DNA of 64,000 nt from the IMG/VR virus record IMGVR_UViG_3300023371_000069, one strand, 5' to 3'. Positions 10,738-20,661 of this stretch are shown here, piece by piece; the stretch's first letter is position 1; the number at the start of each line of letters is the position of its first letter. The notes under the pieces are model-generated. The model searched no databases. It was not told the DNA's origin and saw only the letters and a list, made by a program, of their open reading frames with translations. This DNA comes from a virus. Its lineage: Duplodnaviria > Heunggongvirae > Uroviricota > Caudoviricetes. Position numbers and translations under genes: made by a program.

Positions 10738-13700
10738 TTATTTTCCGACAATAGAGATATTATCAATACTGTCAACGGTTACGAATGGTTGACCATTAGC
10801 TCCACCAACAATCCAATCATTCCAAGTGGTTTCCATACCAGATGGACAATAAATAGTTACGACAGAAGGTCTAGAGCCTTGACCATTTTCGATACAAGCG
10901 ACATCTCTCTTGTTCTTTAACCATTTTTCTTGAGTTAACTGAGAAGGAGAATTTTCTGCACCAATAGTTAAGGTTTTCAATGCAATACCCCAAGAAATTG
11001 CTCCACCTAAAATATCTCTTAGCATTGGATTCAATACGCAATCAACAGGTTCAGCTAAGTTACCAGTAGCAGAGAAAGCGTAAGTTTGAATCAATACTAA
11101 TGGGTCGCAGAATGTAAAGTTACTAAAGTAAGGACAGCTTTCAAAAGCGCCATTATTAATAACTCTCAACTTCTTCATTGCGGGGAAGTCAACATATTTC
11201 AAAGCTTTCATACGAGCAAAGAAATTGTTGTAAATAATACGAACTTCACAAGTAGCTGCACTATCAAAGAAGATATGAGTAATATACTCATCTTCAGTGA
11301 ATCCACGATATTCATAGATTGGTTGTCCAGCGGTTACACCATCAATGCCAGAAGGAGTTCGAGTTGGTAAAGTAATCTTACCTTTCAAGAAGCCATTCTT
11401 ATATTCAGGCTTCAAAGATAAAATGTATCCATTAGAATAATCATAAGTTCCGCCTTCACCATATGCGTCAGTATAACTAGAACCTACAGTGTAATTAAAG
11501 TATTTCACTGGGTCAGTTACATTTGCAAAAACACTTTCCTTCTTATATACCGCATAGAATGTATAATCTCTGGTTGCAGGATACATAGAAACATTGATTA
11601 AAGGAAGTTCTTCATCAGGAACATTTTCACCGTAAATAACTTTAGCCTTTTCAATGTCATTAGTCCAGCCCTTAAATGCATTACGCATATACAAATCATC
11701 GGCAGTTAGGTTTACAGGTGCGGGAACATTATCATTCATATAAGAACCCTTATCACTGTAAGCAACCTTAGCTACTTGTCTATATGTTGGGTCGAAGTAA
11801 TCTAAGAAGACTGCTTCGTATTCATGCTCAGTTAAAATAGCATAGAAAGGATAGTCAAACTTATCAGCTGCGAACAGCTTAGATTTTGCAGCCATCCAAG
11901 CTACATTATGAGCAGCAATCTTTTCTGCGTCAGTCATATCATCGTTGATATCACCATAAATAATTTTACTCTTGTCTGCGGCATTGGAAGAAGTAGACCA
12001 ACCATAGAAATCCCAGTGGGCTCTTTCTACTTTATACAAGCTATATGGGTTAGTAAACCACAAAGTGGAATCCCCAGCCATAGCTTCTTGACTAATCTTC
12101 TGAACACTAGGTCCATATCCATCAGAACTTAAGTAATCAACGAATCCTTCTGCACCAGTATCTTTATCTACTAAAACGAATTTAGCAGAGTATGCAGGAG
12201 TAACGTTAGCAAAGAAGAATGTTAAGTTAGGATAATACATCTGTAAAGTATCCTGAATAGAACTTTCTTCAATAGGAGTAGTATTATTGATATAAATTAC
12301 ACCAGTAATATTAGGTCTATTTAGACCACTAGCATCCTTGAAGCGAGGATTACTATACAAATTGGTTAACATAGTAATTGCATCATCGGCAACATTAGTA
12401 ATGTCTGCTGCAAATTCGCCAGCCTCAGTGCGGCCGCCATGTCCATCGTCACGATACAAGCCACCACTCAATACATCAATATTGAACTGCTTTTCATTAT
12501 AGACATAACCATCAGGATTATACAGAGTAAATCCATAGTGACCATTATCAATGTAATACTTCTTAGAAGCATCAAATACGTCACCTTCAGTTAAATGAGT
12601 ATAAGGACACCATTCAACATCAGTCATGGTTACATTGGCATTACCAGCATTATTATTTAAAGTATACAATTGCTTTAGAATGATGTAACTATTATAACCT
12701 AATTTACCGCCAATAAATTTAACTGTATTCATCTTGGAACTACCCTCGAAGAAACCTTCTAAGTATAATCCAGGATTTGCTTCTAATTCATCGGTAGTAA
12801 CATTTAAAGTGGGAATTTCATATGCATGGTCTTCATCATGGCCAATTAATTCAGTTAACAAGTTAGCTTGAGTTAAGGCCAAAGAACCAACGGATGCAGG
12901 CAAATACAAAGTATTTAACGCAACACCATCTGCAAATGTAACAGAAGTTAAGTTACTTGCACCAGTAGCTCTGAAGTTTTCCATCTTTTCAGAAGAGCTA
13001 AAATCAAGAGCAGTTTCATTTACTAGACCAATATTACAGAAGTTAACTTCTTTTAATAGAGGTAGTGAAGTAGGTACTGTAATACCATTTAACTTCTTAT
13101 TATACCAACCAATTTCAGTCTTAGTACTTGCATTACTATCTTTATAGTCAATGGTAGTACCATCATGACCAAGCTTCAAGCGAGTTAGCTTATCAGCCTT
13201 ACCCTCAAGTTTAAACTCAGTCCAATACATCTTACTTAAGTCACCGAAATCAGACATTTGGTTAGTACCATAAATATATAACAACTGTTCAGGATAGTTG
13301 TCACTATTTTTAATACCATTTTCCAATTCATTTAATACGAATTGCATCTTATGGATACCATCATATTTCTTAGAAGGATAGTTCATACTGTCATCACCAG
13401 CAGTAACATATGCGCTTCGAATTGGAGTAGGTTCAATCCAATATTCAGAGTCAAACTCGTGAGTCTTGGTTCCAAAAGGTACATTGTTTACCCAATATGG
13501 GTCATCAACGCTATTGGTCCATTTATCAGAGTGAACATCAGTAATATCAGAGTCAAGGTCACTTCTGTTGTTAGCAGAAATACGACCCCATAGACGGTTC
13601 GCACCACCACGAGCATAGTTACCTTGGGTCAACCAAGAGTCAATGTACTCAAGACGATTTCCAACGAACTGCTGACGAGATTGAGAACGGTCACCTTGTA

Positions 13701-16700
13701 AAGCATAGAAGTAAGTGCCGGTGTCTGGTTCAGCGAACGCACCACCAGAACCTTCGCCGCCCAAGTGAGCAACGCCCTCTTCTTTTGCTTTGGGGTTACA
13801 AATAGTAATATACTTAAAGTACATATCCAAATTAGTAGCTAATAATGGACGCTCGCCTTCACAAGCAATATTATTAGTTGCATCAGGATTAAAAGTATAC
13901 CACTTTTCAATATAATCAACAGACTGTAAAGGAGCTTTACTAGTTCCGTCTGCATTTAATAATTTAGCAAACTTAGGAGTATCATTACCTCTTAAGTTTC
14001 TATATTTAGGAACAATCCAAGTGTCTTTAAAGAACTTATAGAAGTTGTTCCACAAGATACTATCAGAAGTAGAGAAGTTACCTGCTTCAGTAGCATCAAC
14101 ATTGAATTCGAATGAAGGAATACCAGTATTGTTAATACCTAACTGAGTATCAATATCATAGAAGATTGGATACCAGATGTACTCTCCACCAGCTTCATGA
14201 GGACCCCAAGAGGCCATCATACAGTTCTTACCACGAGAGTCGTATAACTCCATAACTTCAGTCATTACGAAGTAAGTAGCAACGTACTCAGGGTCGAAGT
14301 GGTCTTCAAATTCATTAGTAAATTTAGCAGCACGATATTCTTTAGTATCGTGAGTATAAACCTTACCAGCATATTCTTTTGGAGCTGCTACATAATATAA
14401 TCCCTTAGCCCAATCCTCTTGAGAAGGAGTTTCGACCGCGCGGACTGCACCGGTTGGATGACCTGGGTTAATAACAACACCATTAGCAGCGTCGTTCATA
14501 TCATAGTCCATACCATGCCAAGTATAATACTGAGTATTAGCATCATAAGTAGCATTCTCAATATCTACTGGAGCAATCAGTAAGTCAAAACGAGAATTTA
14601 GAGTGTCTAGAGTATCATCTTTAAATTCGTAGTAAGTAGTACCACCAGCAAATTCTTCATTAGATAATGCATAAACATCATCAGTAGTGCTTACAGTGTT
14701 TCCACCAGCAGTTAATACATAGAACTTACCTTTTACATATACATACTCAGCAGGACATACATTAACTGGAATGTAGCGGTCTTCAATAACCTGCTCATAA
14801 TAAATCTTATTTGCATCAAAAGTGCTTGCATCAATTACATATTCACCATCAGCATTTAAGATGTAATATTTACCAGAAATATAAGTCTCTGCAGTTAAAG
14901 AGATAACATCATAGTTGACTTCACTCTTTACATAGTAGGTAGTGTTTTCATCAAAGTCGGCATTACTAATAGCGTAAGAATCACCATCAACTACATAGTA
15001 AACACCAGGCTCATATGCGGTATCACCGACAGGAACTTTAGAGTAAGTACCTTGAGAAACAACTGCATCAAGATTAGTACTCCACAACCATTTACATACT
15101 TTTTCCCAGTTAGTATGAGTAGATAGCAATGCCTTAGCACCGGCCTCTAAATCGCCCTTAGGAATTGTACCAGTTCCTAACTCTTCAGCAACTTCATCAA
15201 GTTCACCTTGAGTAGCTTGCTTAAAGTTGTAAAGAATATCAATATAATCATCCTTGCTGTGATAGCGATATTCAAAGCTATTAGCCACAACAGGAGCTTC
15301 ATTAGCATTGTAACCACCATTAGATACAGTGGAATTAGTAGGAGGTGTGAAACTTAATTCAACACGGCTCCATGGGTCACGATAAGAGCAATAACCACGA
15401 GCATTGTTAGAGAACTCCCAACATTCTGCTACGTCTCGTACTGCCTTATATTCCATTTTACCTTCATCATTTAAACCCTTAGGGAATAACTTATTAGTAA
15501 CTTTCTTACTAGGTTTAAATCCTAAGACCTGAGTAGAGCTCTTATCCAATAGCATACGATAAAAACCGATGAAAGTGTACTTAGCATTATCACCAGAACC
15601 AGTCTTTTGGAAAGCCATAACTGGGAAGCCCAATAGAGAAGTACGATAATCGCCCCATTGAATACCCTTAATTACAGAGCTATCAACAACAGGTTCCAAT
15701 TTATTGGTATTATTTAATAAAGCTAAATAGTCTTGTAAAGGATGCTTAGTATAACCATTACCAACCATAGATGCGAAACCTGCATTATAAGAACCAGAAG
15801 ATTCCATATAGTCAACTTTCATAGTCCATCTATCAGTTCCGTTAGTATAGTTATTCATATACCAACCATCAGCACAACGACACTCTTCATGTCCAAGATA
15901 TTTACTATCTTGTGCTAACTTAGCTTTATCAGAAACGAAAACTTCAGCATAAGGTCCACGGTTTAAGAAGATATTTAAAGAATCTTCTTCCATATATAAA
16001 CCGCTCTCAGCATTTAATTTTTCAAGCTCTTCTGGTTTTAATTCAGCCTTCTCCTTATCGGTAAAGTCTGCGATTGGTTTCCAGTTAAATTCTCCTTCTA
16101 CCTTAGTCTTAATCTTGTAATTACGACGAGGATAGAACTCAGAAGAAGTACCCTGAACAGCAAATTCAACCTTATCTCCAGAAGTCATAGTGGAAATCCA
16201 AGATGGGCAATGATGCTTGTAGTACAAGCGAACGCCTTCTTTAATTTTATCACTATCAGTTTCGCCTTCTGCGATTAAGCCATCGGCACGAGCCAAAGTC
16301 TCTAATTCACCATTAGCATATGCTCTTTCCAAATTGGTATTAACAAATTCAACACTAATGTATTTAGTATCGTCTTTACTATATGGTAAAGTAGCATTAC
16401 CAGTATCGTAAATGATATAAGGCATCAAAGGTTCATTAGGATGAGCTTCATTATATCTTAGCATAGCTTCATAAGAGAACTGGAACTCTTTCAAGTTATT
16501 ATTCTCCTCAGCCAATGCATAAGCATTACTTTGGTCAAAGATTTTTACGTTCTTGCGGTCAACAGAGAAATTTTGTACAATCTGATTAACATTTAAATCA
16601 GAATTATAAATTCTCAATTTATATAAATCAATGTCACAATTACTAGAATCAAAAACAAAGTTTCCACTATTAATTGTAAAGGCGTCAGGGTCAGTAGACT

Positions 16701-18789
16701 TAATAACACCAGTAATAACACCATTGATATAGATATATAAATATTTTAAGCTATCTTGATATACAAAACTTAAATTAATTAACTCATCTTCAACGAAGTT
16801 TACGTTAACAGTATTTTCACCGTTTGAGAAGAAAGCGTCCTGAGTGCCTACGCAGAAACCAGTAGCTTTAACATTGGTTGCATCATAATCATATAGACCT
16901 GCGGCAACATTAGTAATGTTAATATTCTTTTCAACAGTTTGGAATTTTAAATTATCATAAGTGTCTGGGTCTAAAGTTGCTTGTAAGTAAGCATCATAGT
17001 TAGAATAGCCAGTATCTTTTTGAGCTTTAAAAGCTTCATACCAAACACCGTCACCTTGATAACGAGTAATATTGGTAATTAAATTATCATATTTTTGAAC
17101 ATTGCGAATGCGGAATTGCATTTCAACAGTGTGAGACTCTTGTCCACTAACACCGGCAGCAAATACCATCTGCTGGAATGGAATAGTTAATCTAGCACCA
17201 TTACTAATTCTTAAACAAGACTGGTTAATGCTTGAATCCATCATCCAACCGTTATTATACCAGTTAAAGTTTTCGAAAATGGCGTTTTTCTTTTCACCAT
17301 TCAAAGTGTAGCTCCACAACTGTCTCTTAGCTGCGGACTCAGAATTAGAACGTCCAGTAGCAGAGAAGTCTAATAACAATCCTGCTTGCTCAACAGTCAT
17401 ATCACGATTAGGGTCTTTAACAACCTTAAACTCAATTTCTCTCTTTACAAATTTTTCATCAGTCTCGCCGCAAGAAATTTGATAGCTATTTAAAGCATTC
17501 ATTTCTGCATCAGCGATTTCCCAATAATCAAATTTAGAGAAATCCTTAACTTCACGAGGAGAGCTTTCTAATTCAATATTATTTTTATACAAATGCACTT
17601 TAGTAGAGTTGGTATTTGCGGGGTCCCATACTAAGAATGGGATTTGAATAGTATCGTAATTATAATATTCAGCCTTATAATCACCCAACCAAATTACTGG
17701 TTTAGCATTTGCGTTACTTGTTTCAATAACTGCGATTTCGTACTGTAGTGGAGCAACTCCTAAGCCTCTCTTAGGATTACTGGAAGTACCAGTGTTCTGC
17801 CACAGCTCAATACGAACAGTGTGATATCCGTGAGTTGCTTTGTCTGTACCTACTGTAAATGTCTGAGTACTATTAGCTACGTTAGCCTCGATAACACGAG
17901 TTTCAGCAGGAGTATTCATATCATCATAGTAGAAATCTAAGACCTTAGATAAAGAACCAACAACTCCGCACTTAATTTGGAATCCAGAAGTAGGATATCT
18001 AGTAGCTGGGTTATAACCGGAAACTTGAGATAACTTTAATGCAGAAGTTGATAAGTCAACAGTTCTAGTACGGCTCTTTTCGTCATGATTTGCACCTTGA
18101 ACATAAACAGACAACACACTAGAAGAGGACTCTCTTAATAGAGAACCAATTTCAATATAGTCATCAATAATACCGGGAACGCCCTCATAGTCAGATTCAC
18201 CAGTCTTATAAGTACGAGTTTGAGTAGTATAGTTATCAATAACCTCGTCGGAAATACGAGTACCCAAAGAATATACAACATTCAATGTAGTATCTACAGG
18301 AGTCACACCATCTGCCTCTAAAGCAGACTCTGCATGGATATGGAAATAAGCCTCTTGACCATTAATGAAGTTAGTATTGTCAAGAGTTAAAGTGATTGAT
18401 GGACGAGTAGTAGTAGAAACACCGGGACCACCGCCTGTGCCGCTAATAGAAAGCAATTCACAAGTATAGTTTTCTTCACCAATTAATTCAACTTTATAGA
18501 AACCGCCATCGGAATTTAAGATTAGGTCGCCTTTCTTAGGGTCGCCTTTAACAGCGCTCTTAGGAAGTGTTGCATAGCCCGTATCTTCATTTACTTCTGG
18601 TTTCTCAACTTCACCATAGTAAATTGCGGCGCCCGCAGAACCCATAATAGTTCTTTGGCCCTGGCTATCGACATAAATCTTACCTGAGTCAGTAGCAAAA
18701 TAAATCCATCCATCTTTTACTTCAGCACGCTGAATCTTACTGTCATAACCACGGACGGGAATAAATTTTACGCCATAATTTTCACTCAT
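10738..18789 (-). CDS. Giant multidomain virion-associated protein (2683 aa): fibre-type N-terminus, LamG-like domain, CotH-like kinase domain, leucine-rich repeats including BspA-like
   Basis: Single ORF with no in-frame TAG. LamG-like LYKLRIYNSDL. CotH-like VQGTSSEFYPRRNYKIK, WTMKVDYMESSG.YN, FIGFY, YDSRGKN, WYPIFYDIDTQLG. LRR-like LPLLKEVNF...LNTLYLP and INNGAFESC...IQTYAFS. Confidence 0.8.
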   Translation of the reverse strand: MSENYGVKFIPVRGYDSKIQRAEVKDGWIYFATDSGKIYVDSQGQRTIMGSAGAAIYYGEVEKPEVNEDTGYATLPKSAVKGDPKKGDLILNSDGGFYKVELIGEENYTCELLSISGTGGGPGVSTTTRPSITLTLDNTNFINGQEAYFHIHAESALEADGVTPVDTTLNVVYSLGTRISDEVIDNYTTQTRTYKTGESDYEGVPGIIDDYIEIGSLLRESSSSVLSVYVQGANHDEKSRTRTVDLSTSALKLSQVSGYNPATRYPTSGFQIKCGVVGSLSKVLDFYYDDMNTPAETRVIEANVANSTQTFTVGTDKATHGYHTVRIELWQNTGTSSNPKRGLGVAPLQYEIAVIETSNANAKPVIWLGDYKAEYYNYDTIQIPFLVWDPANTNSTKVHLYKNNIELESSPREVKDFSKFDYWEIADAEMNALNSYQISCGETDEKFVKREIEFKVVKDPNRDMTVEQAGLLLDFSATGRSNSESAAKRQLWSYTLNGEKKNAIFENFNWYNNGWMMDSSINQSCLRISNGARLTIPFQQMVFAAGVSGQESHTVEMQFRIRNVQKYDNLITNITRYQGDGVWYEAFKAQKDTGYSNYDAYLQATLDPDTYDNLKFQTVEKNINITNVAAGLYDYDATNVKATGFCVGTQDAFFSNGENTVNVNFVEDELINLSFVYQDSLKYLYIYINGVITGVIKSTDPDAFTINSGNFVFDSSNCDIDLYKLRIYNSDLNVNQIVQNFSVDRKNVKIFDQSNAYALAEENNNLKEFQFSYEAMLRYNEAHPNEPLMPYIIYDTGNATLPYSKDDTKYISVEFVNTNLERAYANGELETLARADGLIAEGETDSDKIKEGVRLYYKHHCPSWISTMTSGDKVEFAVQGTSSEFYPRRNYKIKTKVEGEFNWKPIADFTDKEKAELKPEELEKLNAESGLYMEEDSLNIFLNRGPYAEVFVSDKAKLAQDSKYLGHEECRCADGWYMNNYTNGTDRWTMKVDYMESSGSYNAGFASMVGNGYTKHPLQDYLALLNNTNKLEPVVDSSVIKGIQWGDYRTSLLGFPVMAFQKTGSGDNAKYTFIGFYRMLLDKSSTQVLGFKPSKKVTNKLFPKGLNDEGKMEYKAVRDVAECWEFSNNARGYCSYRDPWSRVELSFTPPTNSTVSNGGYNANEAPVVANSFEYRYHSKDDYIDILYNFKQATQGELDEVAEELGTGTIPKGDLEAGAKALLSTHTNWEKVCKWLWSTNLDAVVSQGTYSKVPVGDTAYEPGVYYVVDGDSYAISNADFDENTTYYVKSEVNYDVISLTAETYISGKYYILNADGEYVIDASTFDANKIYYEQVIEDRYIPVNVCPAEYVYVKGKFYVLTAGGNTVSTTDDVYALSNEEFAGGTTYYEFKDDTLDTLNSRFDLLIAPVDIENATYDANTQYYTWHGMDYDMNDAANGVVINPGHPTGAVRAVETPSQEDWAKGLYYVAAPKEYAGKVYTHDTKEYRAAKFTNEFEDHFDPEYVATYFVMTEVMELYDSRGKNCMMASWGPHEAGGEYIWYPIFYDIDTQLGINNTGIPSFEFNVDATEAGNFSTSDSILWNNFYKFFKDTWIVPKYRNLRGNDTPKFAKLLNADGTSKAPLQSVDYIEKWYTFNPDATNNIACEGERPLLATNLDMYFKYITICNPKAKEEGVAHLGGEGSGGAFAEPDTGTYFYALQGDRSQSRQQFVGNRLEYIDSWLTQGNYARGGANRLWGRISANNRSDLDSDITDVHSDKWTNSVDDPYWVNNVPFGTKTHEFDSEYWIEPTPIRSAYVTAGDDSMNYPSKKYDGIHKMQFVLNELENGIKNSDNYPEQLLYIYGTNQMSDFGDLSKMYWTEFKLEGKADKLTRLKLGHDGTTIDYKDSNASTKTEIGWYNKKLNGITVPTSLPLLKEVNFCNIGLVNETALDFSSSEKMENFRATGASNLTSVTFADGVALNTLYLPASVGSLALTQANLLTELIGHDEDHAYEIPTLNVTTDELEANPGLYLEGFFEGSSKMNTVKFIGGKLGYNSYIILKQLYTLNNNAGNANVTMTDVEWCPYTHLTEGDVFDASKKYYIDNGHYGFTLYNPDGYVYNEKQFNIDVLSGGLYRDDGHGGRTEAGEFAADITNVADDAITMLTNLYSNPRFKDASGLNRPNITGVIYINNTTPIEESSIQDTLQMYYPNLTFFFANVTPAYSAKFVLVDKDTGAEGFVDYLSSDGYGPSVQKISQEAMAGDSTLWFTNPYSLYKVERAHWDFYGWSTSSNAADKSKIIYGDINDDMTDAEKIAAHNVAWMAAKSKLFAADKFDYPFYAILTEHEYEAVFLDYFDPTYRQVAKVAYSDKGSYMNDNVPAPVNLTADDLYMRNAFKGWTNDIEKAKVIYGENVPDEELPLINVSMYPATRDYTFYAVYKKESVFANVTDPVKYFNYTVGSSYTDAYGEGGTYDYSNGYILSLKPEYKNGFLKGKITLPTRTPSGIDGVTAGQPIYEYRGFTEDEYITHIFFDSAATCEVRIIYNNFFARMKALKYVDFPAMKKLRVINNGAFESCPYFSNFTFCDPLVLIQTYAFSATGNLAEPVDCVLNPMLRDILGGAISWGIALKTLTIGAENSPSQLTQEKWLKNKRDVACIENGQGSRPSVVTIYCPSGMETTWNDWIVGGANGQPFVTVDSIDNISIVGK
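14630..15030 (-). repeat. Three degenerate ~35-40 aa Tyr-rich repeats within the giant protein
   Basis: AYEPGVYYVVDGDSYAISNADFDENTTYY / TYISGKYYILNADGEYVIDASTFDANKIYY / YVKGKFYVL...YALSNEEFAGGTTYY. Confidence 0.7.
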
Positions 18790-18819
18790 TTATTTAAACT
18801 CCTTTCTTTCCTTTATAAA

Positions 18820-18860
18820 CAAAAAAATAGGTGAGAAGAATAATCTTCTTCCCACCTATT
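18820..18860 (-). terminator. Intrinsic terminator
   Basis: The minus-strand RNA forms aataggtg-g-gaagaa/ttcttc-t-cacctatt, with a G-U pair that exists only on the minus strand, followed by a T tract. Confidence 0.8.
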
Positions 18861-18922
18861 AGATTATCCTCTATTTTTAATTAAAAATCGAAATAATCTT
18901 CTTAATACCTTTTGTCCTCAAA

Positions 18923-20644
18923 TTAGAAAGTGCCCCAAACCAGAGACATCTGAACGCTAGAGCCAGAGCTACTTACCTGCAAGTTACTATGAGTAGACTC
19001 AACATAGAAAGTAGCAGTTTGCTCACTCTTTTGATTCTTAGAGCCAGTTACTTGACCCTTAATAGAAACAGTAGCCTTAGTCTTAGCAGTGTCACTAGAT
19101 ACACTGGAAGTCATTCCAGTTAAACGAGCATTAGTATCATAGACTTTAACGGTCTTGGTATATACTTTCTGTACATGACCATAATTGTCTCTATCAATAC
19201 CATTTTCGCCCTTAGAGGCATCAATAATAACAATATCTTCTGACTTAGCAACATAATCGGTGCCAAGAGTAGGATTATTTAAAGTACCAGTGGTATCTCT
19301 AGCTGGGTCAGTAGTACTTACCGCATTATGATTAATAGTCAGTGACATTGCCTTAGAAGCAGTGTCTGAACTTGGACTTACAGTAATACAATTTCCACTT
19401 AATACAGAAATAGAGCCAGCATTAGTACCAGTAGTAGTGCCAGTTTTCTTTTCTAATAATTGAATACCACCACCATTTGCTGGAGTCAATAAACCAACAG
19501 AGTAAGTGGTATCTTCATTACCAGAAGGAACATAACCCCATTGTACAGTAGTTAAGAATCCATTGGTACCTTCAGTGCCTTCTGCAATCAATAAGTCACC
19601 AGGCTGTACTGTAATCTCTTCAGTACCAGTATCGGTTTTAACTGTTACATCAAAAGCTTGACCAACTTTATAAGTATAACCTTTCTTAATGGAACCAGTA
19701 GGAATGCTATTAACAACACCCTGATATTCCATTGCGTCAAAGTCTGCTCTTAAAGCATCAACTTCTGCTTTAGTATATACATCTAAAGTCGCAGTACCAT
19801 TGCTGAACTTAGCAGTAGAAGTGCCACTACCACCATATTTAATTGCAGGATTAAATGTGCTACTAGAACTTCTATTAGCAGTATCTTTAACTGTTACAGT
19901 AAATCCACCAGGCTTATTGGTCTCATCTTTGGGGTCCCAAGCATGAGCGGTTGCTGTATGAGTGTTACCATCTAATTTAGTGTCAGCAGCAGTGATTCCA
20001 ATTACGCCATTATCTTCGCTAACAGTAACATTGGTACCACCCTGAATAACAACTGCACTTTGCTGTACGCCAGCTTCATTAACTAACTTAATCTTTGCAG
20101 CATTATCTTGAGCCATATTTTCGCTGGCTAATTTAGTACCATATACTTCAATAGTACCATCTGTTGTACCTTCAACAATAGTAATACCATTTTTACCAGT
20201 TAAAGAGAAAGCGAAAGAAGGTTTTCTATTACCTTCACCAATTTCTGTTAAAGTAGTTGTTACAGTAACAGTTCCTGTCTGCTCTCCTGTGACTAGACCG
20301 CCATAAGTATAATTGGTATCTGTATTGGCATTAATTTGAACCCAATTTTGACCATTGGAAACAGCTAAAATAGAATCAGCTGTAATATAAACGAATTGAC
20401 CAGCATTTAAAGCAGTTGCAGTTGGTAAGACCTCCACGGTAGCGTAAGTAGTAATACCTTCATTAACAGCTTCGATGCTACCATCACTTAAACCAACATA
20501 TAATCTATGAGTATCATTGGTTAAGTAGAAAGTGCCGCTTTCGCCAGAACGGGCGGTTCTCTTAGCATCTAATGCGGTTTGTAAACCATGTAAAAACTTA
20601 ATCTGAGAATTATCAGCAATAGTGATAACATTAGTATCTGCCAT
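18923..20644 (-). CDS. Tail fibre/spike-like structural protein (573 aa, TAG-free)
   Basis: Intact Thr/Gly/Ser-rich ORF. The N-terminal motif IKFLHG...GTFYLTNDTHRLYVG is shared with neighbouring fibre genes. Confidence 0.7.
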   Translation of the reverse strand: MADTNVITIADNSQIKFLHGLQTALDAKRTARSGESGTFYLTNDTHRLYVGLSDGSIEAVNEGITTYATVEVLPTATALNAGQFVYITADSILAVSNGQNWVQINANTDTNYTYGGLVTGEQTGTVTVTTTLTEIGEGNRKPSFAFSLTGKNGITIVEGTTDGTIEVYGTKLASENMAQDNAAKIKLVNEAGVQQSAVVIQGGTNVTVSEDNGVIGITAADTKLDGNTHTATAHAWDPKDETNKPGGFTVTVKDTANRSSSSTFNPAIKYGGSGTSTAKFSNGTATLDVYTKAEVDALRADFDAMEYQGVVNSIPTGSIKKGYTYKVGQAFDVTVKTDTGTEEITVQPGDLLIAEGTEGTNGFLTTVQWGYVPSGNEDTTYSVGLLTPANGGGIQLLEKKTGTTTGTNAGSISVLSGNCITVSPSSDTASKAMSLTINHNAVSTTDPARDTTGTLNNPTLGTDYVAKSEDIVIIDASKGENGIDRDNYGHVQKVYTKTVKVYDTNARLTGMTSSVSSDTAKTKATVSIKGQVTGSKNQKSEQTATFYVESTHSNLQVSSSGSSVQMSLVWGTF

Positions 20645-20661
20645 TATAGTTTTCCCCTTTC

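Noticed and set aside
1-20644. Diversity-generating retroelement or invertible shufflon acting on fibre genes
   Set aside because: No reverse transcriptase or recombinase is present. I saw no near-identical template/variable repeat pair differing at adenines and no inverted cassettes, and paralog similarity is mostly at protein level.
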